Positions 39,803 to 54,040 of a stretch of 64,000 nt of DNA are shown in pieces. Source of the DNA: Octopus sinensis. Taxonomy: Eukaryota. The stretch covers positions 93,434,001 through 93,498,000 of the forward strand of contig NC_042998.1 in the NCBI RefSeq assembly GCF_006345805.1, given 5' to 3'. Within the stretch, counting starts at the first letter, position 1, and every line of letters begins with the position of its first letter. A model generated the notes under the pieces. The model was not told the DNA's origin and did no database searches. It was given only the letters and a program-made list of their open reading frames with translations. Made by a program: the position numbers and the translations under genes.

Positions 39803-40326
39803 ACGCACACACACACTACCATTCAAAGATAAAAGAAGGGGATGGCTGAAGGTTAGGCTAAACCAAGTAAGTAGATGGTAAAAAAAAAAAAGGAAAGAAA
39901 GGTAACTTTCAAACGGGGATTTGTCGGAAACAATAAAAAATGTAATTCTTTCACTGGAAGGGCAATGTCATTGGGTTCCCATTGCAACGAAAGATTATAT
40001 TGTATCGCAGAGACACACATACGCGTATGCATCCTTCACTGCAGTGGATATAGTGAATATATATATATATGAACATACATATGTACATAGACCATGAGCC
40101 GGTAAAACAAGTCTGAAATAATAGATGAAAGGAATTAAATTTGATGAGAGTGTCTTAAGCTTTTTGATCAGATTTACTTACAAAATGTGTCGAAAGGAAG
40201 GAAGGAAGGAAGGAAGGAAAGAAAACCACCTCTATGACTGAATGTTTTTAATCACAAGCTAATGACTTCATAACTATCATGAAGAATATGCTAATAAATA
40301 TTTATTAAGTATTATTCGAATTACAA

Positions 40327-40540
40327 AAGGTGGTAAGCTTACAGAATCGTTTGTGCGTAGTACATCCTCGGCGGCGTTTCTTCCCGCATTATGTTCTGAG
40401 ATCAGATTCCGTCGAGGTCGATTTTTACTTCCATCCTTTCGGGGTTGGTAAAATAACTTACGAGTTGAGCACTGGAGTCAATGTAATCGACTAGCTTCCC
40501 CCCGCCTAGATTTGCAGTCTTTGTGTCAAAATTAGAATTA
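40327..40540 (+). mobile_element. SINE family A
   Basis: Family A motifs. Confidence 0.78.
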
Positions 40541-41079
40541 TCTGATTTGAAAATTCATTATACATTCCTTTTATTTTATTGTTTTCACTTCATTGTAACC
40601 TGCACTTCACTATATGACCGCCATTCAAAAGGCATCCAGAAATGTTTCAGTGACATTGTTTTAAACTGTCTAATCTGTATGATTTTCGCACTAAATCTAA
40701 ATCCTCACAAAGTCGTTCTGACGTCTGGTTAGCTATATGAAAAAGACTATAATTAGTTGACGAGGGCTAATAACACTGAAACATATCCAGAGTTATCACA
40801 ATATTACAACGAAAATCAGAACCACTTTCGTTATATCTCACCGTTTAGTTTTTAATCACTCGTTATTTCGAAGTTCTATCTTGTGTTTCTTGAAAGTAAT
40901 TATCATTAGCACAAATGATTTTTCCATTTCATTACAGACTTAAGTGAACTTAAGTGAATTTAGTGAACATTATTTTTAACTCACTATATTAAATGTCAGC
41001 CCGCACCGAACTATGAATATGTTTATGTATTTGAGAGAGCATGTTCGTGCTTGTGTGTAATGTACGTACACATACGCGC

Positions 41080-41127
<48 letters not shown>

Positions 41128-41153
41128 ATTTATGTATGTATATGATATATGTA

Positions 41154-41371
41154 AAGGCGGCATGCTGGCTGAATCGTTAGCATGCCGGACAAAATGCTTA
41201 GCGGCATTTCTTCAAGATCTTAACACGCCCAGTTCAAATTTGCCGGGGTCAATTTTGCCTTTCGTCCTTTCGGAGTCAATAAAATAAGTACAAGTTGAGC
41301 ACTGGGATCGATGAAACTGACTTATTCCTCTCTACAAAATTTCAGCCCTTGTGCTTATAGTAGAAAGAATA
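41154..41371 (+). mobile_element. SINE family A
   Basis: Full-length family A match. Confidence 0.85.
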
Positions 41372-41488
41372 TATACAGCCTTCGCGGATGCGAAACCATT
41401 GGTCCCTCTATGACCAGACATTAACCTTATTACTTTGCTGCTCTCTTTTTTAGAGTATGCTTCTTTTTCGGATATAAGATACATCGAT

Positions 41489-41585
<97 letters not shown>

Positions 41586-41590
41586 ACACA

Positions 41591-41772
41591 CAAAAATTCT
41601 ACAATTATAAGTATAATTAGGGGGTTCAGCAAAAAATTGCTTCACCACATACCGAAATTTAGAAATATGGTAGTGGAATGATATTTAACTGCTATTTCTA
41701 AATTTCGGTATGTGGTGAAGCAATTTTTTGCTGAACCCTAATTATAATTATGCTTATAATTATAGAATTTTT
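41591..41772. repeat. Long palindrome: 46-bp perfect arms, 25-bp spacer, about 30 bp of imperfect extension
   Basis: 41622-41667 is the exact reverse complement of 41693-41738. Confidence 0.96.
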
Positions 41773-41897
41773 GTATAATGTTACATACTGAACTACCTGG
41801 TTAAATTATTAATTATTAATTGACTAATTAATTTTACCCTTTATTATTATTGATATATATATATATATATATATATGATTCCTATATATATGGTAAT

Positions 41898-41943
<46 letters not shown>

Positions 41944-42023
41944 CTGCCGTGCACAACTCAGATATAAACTAACGAATATTCTCATATCATAGCTCCAGTT
42001 TGATCCCAAGCAATTTCGGTAAA

Positions 42024-42093
<70 letters not shown>

Positions 42094-43226
42094 CGCGCGT
42101 GCGCGCTTGACGAATTATGCCATAACTTTAAGATAACATGACAGTGACATGCTGGACAGAAATCGCAAGCAACTCTAAATCAAGTCAAACGGTAACGTCT
42201 TTTTAAAATCTTAGGACACATCTGATAATATATTCCTGTATATACAGTGACTGAATAAAAATACAGGATGGAATGCAAGTGATCATAGATCTACTCTGCT
42301 ACAGAAGATCTGTAAGATACACAAATGTTATAAGAACTGTTAAACTTGTCTCTTTTGGACAAACATACAGGTTACTACTTTGGGAGCAAAACAAGGTCTA
42401 CATATTATTTAGGTGTGTGAGTGAAATACAACTACTCCATGCAGGATTGGAAACCACGTCTGAGATTCCACTTGACAGAGGTTTTTATAGCTCGGCGACA
42501 ATCGCCGAATATTGATTTCTAAATATTGGTACAAACCACAGAATTGTATGGGATAAATACAATCGATTAAATCAAACAGTACGTGCCCCTCAATGCTACC
42601 ACACAAACACATACCGAATTTAATTTACGTAGGATTCTAACCAAAAGTCAAGCTCTTTTTCCACCTCCTTCACCTCAACCTAGTCCGCTTCACCATATAA
42701 TTATTTATTTCACTCTGTCAGACAATTTGTGTCCACTATTTGCCGACGAAGACCAAAACAAGTTTTCTCGGATCCGTTCCCCTTTAACTTAGTGATTACA
42801 AAGGAATGAAACACTAAGTCTATTCCGATGGAGTTTGAACCGAGATGCAAAAACCACAATGTTTGGGACTCAACCATTTCTACCAACTCTTAAAAGTGCC
42901 CTGTAGTATCAACCATCGGGTACTGTAAAGACAGACATACAGAAACGGAATTCACATAATACACAAGAAATATTATTCGGAAAAGTATATTTTTCACTAA
43001 GTAATTCTATAAAGATTGAACAAAACAAATTAATGAAAACCTAATAGCATACACCTGGATAAATCAGATCTGTGTTTTGTATTACTGCAATCAACCAAAC
43101 GATATATATATATATATGGAGTGCATGCAAAGTATATAAAATATATCTAATATATATATGCATATACATACAGACTATGCATACATATAAATGCATACAC
43201 ACACACACATACATACATACATACAT

Positions 43227-43280
<54 letters not shown>

Positions 43281-44242
43281 ACTACGAGTATGAGTGTATG
43301 TAGAGTTTGTTGCATTCAAACTTCGTGAGTGACATGTAAACCGATTGTCATGTAGCGCGTCTGCGGTTGTAAAGAGAATGAGATGACATTAGATGAAGAG
43401 TGGCAGTCGCGTTTGAAATGAATATTGTCTAACATGGAAACCAAATGTTCCTTGCCAGTATTGGTCTAATTCAAAGACTGAATGTATAAATTGTTTTCAG
43501 TTGAATTGGCTATGATGTCAACGTAATTGGTTTGTTGTTACTTTCGACTAAGCACGTTTTAAAGAGACGTATAAATTGCTGAATTGCTTTTAGTAAGTAT
43601 ATTGCTGAAAGTTATTGTATTGGCATCCTCTCCTCCACCTGAATGAATGTCAGAAAGAAAATGAATTCAGGTTACGTTTTCAGTTCAACTTCCGCCCCGT
43701 TCAACTTTGCCTTTCGTCCTTAGAGGGCCAGGTAAAATAGAATATCTTATGCCTCATATAACAAATCAATAATGTGCTCCAGTTTTCTGATATCTGCTGC
43801 TCATCATGAATTGTCAACGGTTCCATGATATGCTCTAAAATATAAACAATTACAACGTGGAAGACACATGTTAGCCATTTATAAACACACAGACAATAAA
43901 TGTTTAAGTCTTTGTGTGTTTTTGAATAGCTAACATGAGTCTTTCTTGCTGTAATTATTTTAGCTTCTACACACGGTCTTAGACCAGATCACTTGTTTGG
44001 CAAATACACTTCCGAAACTCTAAAATATATTTCTTATAGAAAACAAATAAGTTAAATGCATAGATCATATAAAAACTACTGTTTAAAATGATTTAACTAT
44101 CGAATTTTAACGGGTAACTTCAAAATATAATAGTATTAATATTATATAATATTATTACCTCTTTCTAAGGCCCATTTCCTTTCTCATTTATAGACAAATA
44201 ACAACAACAACAATAATAATAATAATATTAATAATAATAATG

Positions 44243-44284
<42 letters not shown>

Positions 44285-44433
44285 GCAGAAAGTCCGAAGA
44301 TAGTACAACTTTCTAAAAGTAAATATACACATATATATACTGATTTAAAAGACGGAAATAGCCATAACTCTTGCATGACACTTATCAGGCATCACATTTT
44401 CGGTGAGCGTATATTAACGACATCCGTAGCCCT

Positions 44434-44484
<51 letters not shown>

Positions 44485-47077
44485 CGAGAGAGAGAGGGAG
44501 AGAGAGAGGGGGAGGGAGGGAGAGAGAGAGATTAGATTCTACAACTTTTACTGCCGGAAGTATTAAGGCCGATGATATAAAACTAGCATAATAAATGTAG
44601 GAGCGCCCCTTAGGGAACGATTGTTTGGTTGCTGCAGTGAAAGCGTCAGATGCCATGAGAACCAATATGATAAGACAAAGAAGTCTGTTAATTTCAAAGA
44701 GAAAAAAAAATTCTAGTTTGTGGAAGGAGTGCTAATTTCTATATTTGCTTTTCACCAGATACACACAAAAGGAAATAGCTTCTACGTCACACAAATATAC
44801 ATCCGTGTGCGTTTACTATGACGCAGTACCAATTCTGTCGTCACTTGAGTTGTATTCAAGATTTCATTTTGGACAACAGCTTAGTTTATCTAATCCTTTT
44901 GAATCATTTCTTCTCCTCATCTTACTTTTTCACCTTTTCTCCTACTTCCTCCTAGCTGTTTCTTCTCTTTCCGCGTAACCTCTCCCAATTTTGGCCCCTA
45001 CTTGCCGAACCCTTGTTTTCCTTCTTTTGTTCTTTCTTTCCTCCGTTTTTCTTTGCTTTATCTTAATATCATTATCTTTACTTTCTTATTTCTTCTTTTC
45101 TACAATCTCTCCCTCACACACACACACACACTTCACTTTTTCACCCATCCCATCTATAGATTTTAAATATTAACTAATTCTAGATTTGAAGTTTATTTAT
45201 TCTAAATCTAGCTTGAAGTTACTTCCACTTCTTGGAGTGTAATCTAGAGAAGTGACTAAGGAATTTAAACCTTCATTTAGTAATAGATATACAAAAGAAA
45301 GGGGTGGAGAATAGCGAAGTAATAAAGCAAAGCAAAGTTTAAAATTATGCCCTAAGAAACCATGAATAATGAATGAGTAGCAACACAGTATAAACGGCTT
45401 TAAATTTAAGCCATTGTTAAACATAGCTAGTAATTCCATACGTGAGCATTGATGAAAAAGTCACAGATGATTTTAAAAGATCAACTGTAGTTTTATGTAT
45501 GTATGTGAGTGTTCACAGAGACGTTAGCCGCTGCACATAATTTATGTTAAGTGATGTTAAGCAGACATTGTATGACTTAGAATAGTTGACCTTTCTTGAC
45601 ATGTTTAACAATTGTTGCTTGTATACTTTAATGGAAATAATATATATTTGTAATTGCTTAAAAATCAAACAGTTACATAAAAAAAGGAGTTAGCTTTAAT
45701 GACTAAAATGACAACTGGGAATAAAGTTATATTTATTATCAAAAACGTTATCCCTTTTGTTGCAGTTTTAACCTGTGATTTTTATCGAATTGTTGCACGT
45801 TCACTAATTGAATAACTATTTTGATTTTTTTTTCTATCTTAATGAAGCGGTTATACATATTAACCATGCAAGTGTCGTTGATACATGACAATTTTTATCC
45901 AATAAAATTTCTTTATTCACTAGTTGGAGTTTCTTCTATTGTTCTGTTTATCAATAAGGAAAGGATTCATAATATTAAGTAATTATCAGTATAAAGTGGA
46001 TTACCTCTTACCACCTTGAACATTTCGACGCTAAATCGTAACTGTTGCTACAAAATACTTTAGTATTGACGGAGGACCCGACGTAAATTATCATATCCTT
46101 CCATTTCCTTACAGCAAAGAAATATCTAAAAGGGCTTGTCAGTCCGCCTTGCGGTCCCAACGGACAAGATGGAAAAGGCGTTGCCCCGAGGGGAGATGCG
46201 CTGGCGCTGAAACAGCCTCTCTGACTCACAGGGTTCGCACTAGCGTACATCTATCTCTGCCCCGATACCGGTGAACAGCTATGTGATCCGGGCACCTTAA
46301 CGCTTTAAGAAATAATAACCTCCAAAAAGCTGGCATGTTTCATGTGAAGTGTTTGTAATATAATATGTGAAGGACGAATCAATCAAGCAAACTCATCCAT
46401 CTTCAGATCAGAACTACTCAAACTTTTTTAATTATTACACTTTTCTTCGACTCCACTTTCCACGATATAACATGGAATGACAAAACAACATTTCGCACAG
46501 AGGATAAAAATTTTTATGATTTTGAAAATTAGGGCTATTTATTGCTCTGCATTAATTTATGTTGAATTTTCACATTGTTCTTAAGTATCGCAGTCTTAAA
46601 GAAACAAGCTTCAGTTTACCGAGGGAAAAAGGAAATGTTGGTTCAAATAAAGCTAAAACTAAACACGTGTGTTTGTATGCATACACGAGGACACACACAC
46701 ACACACACACAAACGCGTGCGAGAGTGTGTTTTCATTAACTGGAAATGTGAGCGTGAGTGTGTGTGGATGGATGGATGGATAGATATTTTGATCAGCCAT
46801 AGCGTTATCAATAACCTGTAAGCCATTAGGGCAGAAGTTTGCGTAGTAGCAATTAATAATTCAAATTGCTCCGAGGAAGCTATAAGATGTCGCACTGGCA
46901 GTCAGGTCCGGGTGAACGCTTACTTATAGCAGAAATATTTGTTAGCTAATGAAAGCGATAATGTAGCTAATGTTCCTTCGAAATTCATTTAATAATTTAC
47001 ACATATGCACGTCGCACACACACGCACATACGCCCTCACATACACAAACATGCATATATATTTCTATCTCTCCCATA

Positions 47078-47119
<42 letters not shown>

Positions 47120-47120
<1 letters not shown>

Positions 47121-47487
47121 GAGCAAAATGCGCCTCGTCCAATGGACGGTGCTGAGTTATCAAACATTTAAACCAAATTTTCTCAAAACAACTTGTCCGA
47201 CCGTCCCATAGGCCTCCTCTTTGACAAACACTGATTTAACCTAAATTTAAGACACCAGCAAAAGAAAAGAAATAAAGATAGACTTTTTTCTATTCCAAGA
47301 AAAACGATTTTACAAATGCACGTTCCTACGGTTTTATCGATCGCATTCTCACCCGGAATCGATTTTTGTAATTTTTTCAAGACTTATACACGCCCTGATA
47401 CCGTCGGTATCTACATATCAAATTTGAGCGTAATCAGATGGAGGATGCCCAAGATCCTAAAAGACACACACAGACAGACAGAACGGA
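47120..47487 (-). mobile_element. Non-autonomous Helitron-like element
   Basis: On the minus strand: A|TC start, (CTGT)n near the 5' end, 3' hairpin CGTCC-ATT-GGACG followed by CTCG|T; set in a TA microsatellite. Confidence 0.55.
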
Positions 47488-48099
47488 TTATATATATATA
47501 TATATATATATAATGACAAAGAAAAACAGAACGACACAGATGGGACTCAGTGTATATCTTGACGAAAAAATTTTTCTTGCATTGCCAAGTAAAATAGCAA
47601 AATAGTTCTATCTTTTTCTTTATTTTATACGTGGATAAAACAACTGGTAAAATTAACATGCAACATATTAGTGATGTTGTTATACTTGGGAATGATCATA
47701 TTTTGCCAATTAAACACCATTGTCAAGTATAAGAATATTTGTTTCAACACACGATTTCACATCAAGAAATATTGCAAAACACATACATAAACGTAAGATT
47801 AGTGATGTCGTATACAGAAAGAATGTAGCTTAGTTATGAATGACAAAATATGTTTTACCATTCCTAAGTGCATGTATATATATATATATATACTTGTTGA
47901 TTCATTCACAATTTTCATACAAGAACATGGACTAAATATTTCTTAAGAAAAACGAAATAATAATTTCACTGTCATGATTAGCGAAAGCGAAACCGGTCGA
48001 CAACTACAGTACTCTTTCATTTAAAATATATTAAAACTATGTAAACTGTGAACACTTTCCTACTTATATATATATATGCATGCGTATTTGATGAGTATA

Positions 48100-48325
48100 T
48101 GTGTGTATATAGTGATGGTCTCATGGTCGATTCTCAGACCGGATGTCGCGATATATTCTTGAGCAAAATACTTCATTCCATGTTGCTCCACTGTATTTAG
48201 TCGTGAATCAGTAACACTGAGACGGACCGTCGTCCTGTTGAGAGGGAATGCCAGTAATCTCGGTCACATAGATTCCATCAAAACCGGGTAACCGGCCTGG
48301 TGAGTCCTAGGGCTCAAGACAGAAC
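48100..48325 (+). mobile_element. Degenerate tRNA-derived SINE (family C/D-like)
   Basis: GGTCGATTCTC B-box-like, TTCTTGAGCAAAATACTT and GTTGCTCCA blocks shared with 35113-35440. Confidence 0.6.
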
Positions 48326-48720
48326 ACACACATACACGCGCGCGCGTGTGTTTGTGCATATGTGTTAAAGGTAGGTGCAAGGATCTAACGAAGACCGATC
48401 CACGTCAACGTTATAATAAGAGAATTTAGAAAAAACAGTTTTGTTCCTTTGATTTTTCTTTGAAGGTCATATTTAATTAACTGAAGCAAAAAGATCAAAG
48501 TTTGAAAAATTAAATTTCATCGGTACTTCAGTTTCGGTTATTATTTATCGGGGTGCAAGGTGAAAAGTTAATATATTTTCATTCATAAGTGCTACCATTG
48601 ACAGCTTGACTAAAAGTATATTTTCGAAAATGAGATTCCATATGAAACCTTTAAAAGCTTTGATGAAGATACTCATAATATTGGTATGATTTATCGCATA
48701 ATTGCGCTATTATATTACAA

Positions 48721-48895
48721 AAGGCGGCAAGCTGGCGGTATTGTCAGACAAAATATTTAGCGGCATTTCGTCTGTCTTTACGTTTTGTGTTCAACTTCCG
48801 CTGAAATCAACTTTGCCTTTCATCCTTTCGGGGTCGATAAAATAAATACTGTGCAAGCCCTTAACAAACTGCTGGCCTTCTGCCAAAATTTTGAG
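48721..48895 (+). mobile_element. SINE family A (deleted)
   Basis: Family A motifs. Confidence 0.78.
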
Positions 48896-48938
48896 GCCGT
48901 TATTTTGGAAGTTGATCGGACTGTTATTTCCCACAAAA

Positions 48939-49006
<68 letters not shown>

Positions 49007-49299
49007 GGTTGTATTTCACTATATAAAAGAAATGAATGGATATCAAAGTAACCATGTTTTATTTTCGACAATTACAGGGACAGGAATGCTAAAATGCGAG
49101 TGATAATACAATAAACCAATTCTGTGCCCTTTTCATACCCTGTGAGATAGTGATAGCGAGAGACGTAAGCGCCCTGATCAACTTCCGAAGGAATGGAATG
49201 CCTTTTGGGTTTAAGTCATTGTGAAAAGCCGATATTAAGAAAAATATATAGTTCATTCTAATTAAATCAAGTATATGGTGCGAGCCTGTTGAGATAGAA

Positions 49300-49350
<51 letters not shown>

Positions 49351-49934
49351 TGAGCTTCCGGTCTGCCATTCGCTGTCGATTTCCCAAATGTGACTATTTC
49401 AATTTTCTTATGTTGCTAATTCTATTATGAATTAATGAACAACACAATTTGTATTTTCTCTCTCTTCTGATGTTAATAAAGTAAACTGACCCTAAAGAAA
49501 GAGAAACTGGGGTCGCGTTGTTTATGTAGAATCCATATGGTTGATTACAAATAATCAGGCAGGAAATACTGATATTTTAATATTTTTACTACTAATTTCA
49601 CTTATAAAGACACATGGTTTTTTTACGCCCACACGCGTGAGAGAGAGAAAAAAAGCGAGAAAGAAAGGGACTTCAGATGGAAAACTGCAATTCAGCATTA
49701 AGCGCACGCAGACACACATCTCAAATACTACAATTCAAAACATCCTTCTCCGCGTTAACAAACCAAACTCTGATACAGAAAAAAAAACGCTAACTTTTTA
49801 ACTGATCCTGTTGTTTCTTTCATCGAATGATAGAAATGCTTTTTAATATCATAAAAGATCGAATGAAAATGCCAAATGAAACCTAAGCAACTGAGTGAAC
49901 GCTGTTTCATGTTAAAAAAGTATATTTGCTACTA

Positions 49935-50075
49935 CCATCGAGATCTGCAGCTGCGGTCGGCGTCACCCATACTCGCACTCGTGTCTCTCCACGCTAGCCG
50001 CGGCGCTCTGTTACTCGACCGGGCATAGGAAAAGTGCGCAACCTGACAGCATTGGTCGCTCGCTCGCTCCAGCAT
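49935..50075. promoter_or_regulatory. CpG-rich non-repetitive island, candidate promoter or enhancer
   Basis: 16 CpGs counted in about 135 bp against an AT-rich background; no ORF or repeat-family match seen. Confidence 0.35.
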
Positions 50076-50140
50076 AGATACATGGACAGAAAAGTAACAT
50101 CCATACTGTTGTAAATAATATTTTAATCGATTTATAATAT

Positions 50141-50346
50141 TGATTTCAAATTTTGGTACAAAGCCAGTAAGTTCGGGTAGCGGATTACATCGACCCTGGT
50201 GCTCAAGCGGTACTCATTTTATCGACTCCGAAAGGATGTAAGGGAAATTCGACCTCGTCGGAATTTGAATTCAGAACGTAAAAATGGTCGAAATGCCGCT
50301 AAGAATTTTGCCCAGCGTGCTAACAATTCTGTCATCTCACCGCTTT
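50141..50346 (-). mobile_element. SINE family A
   Basis: Full-length family A match. Confidence 0.83.
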
Positions 50347-51167
50347 AATTTTGTACAAAATATTAAATTTCAATTAAGTGAGGCATTGACCAAAAGAGAA
50401 CTTACTTTTCCCCACTAATTGCTCCCGATTTAGGCACTAGGTCAGTAATTTTAAGGGGTAGAGTTTAGTCGATGCCATCGACTCCAGTATTTGACTGGTA
50501 CTTTATTTTATCCATCTTCAAAAAGATTAAAGACAAAGATGACGTCTGTAGGATTTGATCACAAAATGTAAGGAATCGGGGAAAAAAATCACATGTAACT
50601 CAATGACTGAAGATTTTGTTCATTGCACTTCAAATACACACACACAGTTATAATAAACGGTATAGATCCGACGTGATCGAAAATGGCAGCCTGAGTGAGA
50701 TTAAACGGACATGTATGTCCTTAGAGCTTTCAGTTTTGTCCATATAAACCAATTCCGTGACTTAGAGACCAAGTATGTTTCATTCGCAGAATTGCACTTT
50801 TAATATACCCTCCTTTTTCCTACTCTCCTGATCTTTCTTTACATTTTCCTCTATTCGAAGAAGGACAATATACGAAACGTTACACCCATTAACTTTTTCC
50901 ATTTTCCCGAGCGTCAAGCCTAGATCTTATTCCATATTTTCTAAATATATTCTTCGCTATATGGATATGTATGTGAGTGTATGTATGTATGTATGTATAT
51001 AACTGAAAATTAAAAATTTTTTAATGTTATATATAACACGTACATATAGAAGTTGTTTCAGTATAAAGTAATTTTCATTTCTCTTTAGCTTGTAAGCAGT
51101 TACTCAGCGCAGCCGATTATCGTTGAATGAACGTGAAATACCAACATACAGAATTAAAACTACCACG

Positions 51168-51215
<48 letters not shown>

Positions 51216-51654
51216 GTATGTATATGTGTGTGTGTGTATGTGTGTGTACGCACGCGCGCGCGAGTGGGGGAGTGTCTGCGCGCCCGTTCATATGCCAGTC
51301 TGCCTCATCAATCTACGATTCAGTCGTCTTGTCTAAGGTGACTTGGCCTTTTATCCTCTCTGAACGACAAAACAAAATGTCAACATACATTGGAGTAACT
51401 TGTTAAACCAACCAGAGATAAGCATTGACAAGTACCGTCACCCACAGAATGCTGAAAACATGAGCCTTTGAATAACCTCAAACTAGAATAGGCTACTTTT
51501 CAAATATCTCAATATATCAAACAACTTTTCCAGCTGTGGTACGGTAATACCATATACCTTAATATAGTGCCTCTGTTAAATAAAAAACGTTATTTTTGTT
51601 TGTGTCGCCTAAATGATCCAAATATATTCATAAAATTTATCTTTATTATTCCTC

Positions 51655-51800
51655 ATCTTACTTGTTTCAGTTACAGGAGTGCGGCCATGCTGGGGCATCG
51701 CCTTGAATGATTTAGTCGGTCAAATCAACACTAGTACATATTTCTCTTAAGCCTGGTATTATTCTATCAGTCTTTTTTGCCGAACTGCTAAATTATGAGG
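51655..51800 (-). mobile_element. SINE family B, 3' half
   Basis: CTTACTTGTTTCAGT..GCGGCCATGCTGGGGCATCGCC. Confidence 0.78.
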
Positions 51801-52039
51801 CCATATTTAACCTTTAACTCCATTTCTTCCAAACTTGTGCTTATAATAAAAACAATTATTAGACTGCAATGGATTGAAAACAGCGTCGGAATAAACGCCT
51901 TCTGATTCTTTACGTTTTGAGTTCAAATCGTGTCGAGTTAACCTTGCCTTCTATCTTTTCGACTTTGACAAAGTACCAGTCAAATACCTAGTCTTCAAAG
52001 TTGTTGGTCTTGGGCTTAAATCAGAAACCATTATTATTG

Positions 52040-52215
52040 AAGGCGGCACGCTGGTAAAATCAGTTGGTACCGAAGAAACCTTACAGCATTTCTTCAACTT
52101 CTTTACGTTCGAAATTCAATTTCGACAGAGGATTTTCATTTCTCTGTGTCTATAAAATGGATTTGCTCATTCCCTTCAAAATTGTTGTCCTTGTACGTAA
52201 GTTAGGCATCATTAT
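52040..52215 (+). mobile_element. Degenerate SINE family A
   Basis: AAGGCGGCACGCTGG head and family body. Confidence 0.65.
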
Positions 52216-52437
52216 CATTGCTATTAGGGTTACCAGTAATAGATGTGTTTTATACGAGTTGCAGGAGTTTTAAAAATATCGGATTACTTCTACGATTAAA
52301 TATTTTTTTCTGTCTGGTTTTGTGAACTCATTACATGGATAGGTGAGATGTTTAGTTTTTGTGTCTTTTTAACTCCTTTTCTGGCGGGAGGATTTTTTTG
52401 CCGTCAGATAATTTTTTTTGTTTTTAATTTTGCAAGC

Positions 52438-52880
52438 ATGTCATCCACTGAATCGGTGGTGTCGGTGGTGGAATATGCCTCCAAACGTTTAACATATATC
52501 AAGAAGAAAGATAAACATGAGACAATTAAACAAGCAAACATAGATATTTGCACTTTAAAAAGAAAAGAATACATAGAGAAAAAAATAACAAATTTCGGAA
52601 ACGATTGCATTTGTAAATACAGACTTTCGCACTACAACACACATATAAGCTGCGATGTCAAAAAACTTTAACAGAGGCAGTAATAAAAACAGCTTCATTA
52701 ATATTATCAGTCAGAGATATTAAACTTCGCTTTAATGAATTTACCGGAAATAAGGGAAGAAGAAAAGCTTCAAACTCTTGAATATCGACAAATGGAAAAG
52801 TTTTCAATATGGTCTTGAAAGAATAAAAGGAAGCGCTAGTCAATGTGTGGAACAGTATGGTTGCCACTGACCGTTGCGCA
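52438..52880 (+). pseudogene. Probable decayed pogo/Tigger transposase remnant
   Basis: ASKRLTYIKKKDKHETIKQA and ICTLKRKE (CENP-B/psq-like HTH), LTEAVIK..FNEFTGNKG..SFKL (resembles the F.AS.GW..FK.R helix), EALVNVWNSM (C-terminal AW motif). Frameshifted; no TIR found. Confidence 0.45.
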
Positions 52881-53348
52881 GTATATTTGTGTGTGTGTGT
52901 GCATGTTTTTCAGTAGTGAGGACAAAGCAGAAAAAAACTCAAAACAAAAGTAAAACAGGTCAAGATGGTGCCTCAAACTCCTCATCATAAACTGCTTACG
53001 CATTCATTACACAGAATGTCGCAACTCAAGGATCGCAGAAAAAAATATTAGCATCAGCATTGATTCTTTGCTTGCTGTAACTTTTTCAAGACAATATAAG
53101 TAGCTGGTAAGCGCATTGGTGACCAGAAAAGGTATGTGGTCAGTTGCGGGAGGTGGGTGGGAATCTGTATGGCATGCAAGTCCTAAATGACTCAGATGAC
53201 GACTGAATTATTCCGGAGCTGCCGTTCATCGTTAGCAAAGAAAGAATAGCGATAAGACCGGTTGTGCAAAGCAGAAAGCCTTCCTGATCTATGTTTGAGA
53301 ATAAGAGCTATTTGGTGGCTTGCAACTCAGAGAACCTGAAAAGGTACA

Positions 53349-53352
<4 letters not shown>

Positions 53353-53410
<58 letters not shown>
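53353..53410. repeat. (GA)n microsatellite
   Basis: Direct inspection. Confidence 0.95.
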
Positions 53411-53414
<4 letters not shown>

Positions 53415-53822
53415 GGCACAGCACGGTTAATAACAACAACATCAATTCACAGAAACTGATCCGTGTCAGCTCCAAGGATAACCATGAACAAGGGTTCTCT
53501 AACCCGTCGCAACCAGTATCATTAACTCATTGAACTGCAGTAATGAGGACATGAAGAACGAAGAGGAACGAGAGTACAAATTATCGAGGACAGTGGAAAA
53601 AGAAAATTTCTTTAGAAAATTTTTTAAAAAGTGAGCCGAAGAATAACTCATCTCTTCATGGAAAATTATGAAGTTTAAAGCGTTTCGAATAAGAAACCAC
53701 CAATTTGAGAGATAGTTTAAGCGGACTATATGAAGATTTAGGAAAATTTCAAGTATAAATTTGTGAAGAGATGAGTTCCGATTATGTGGAGCAATCAATA
53801 GATTAAACTATCTTAGAGGGAT

Positions 53823-54040
53823 ATTCTTTTCTACTCTAGGCACAAGTCCCGAAATATTTGGGGTGGGGGCCAGTCGACTAGATCGCCCCCAGTACGCAAA
53901 TGGTACTTAATTTATCTACCCCGAAAGGATGAAAGGAAAAGTCGACCTCTGCGGAATTTGAACTCAGAACGTTAAGACAGACGAAATACAGCAAAGCATT
54001 TCGCCCGGCGCACTAACGTTTCTGCCAGCTCACCGCCTTT
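53823..54040 (-). mobile_element. SINE family A
   Basis: Full-length family A match. Confidence 0.87.
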
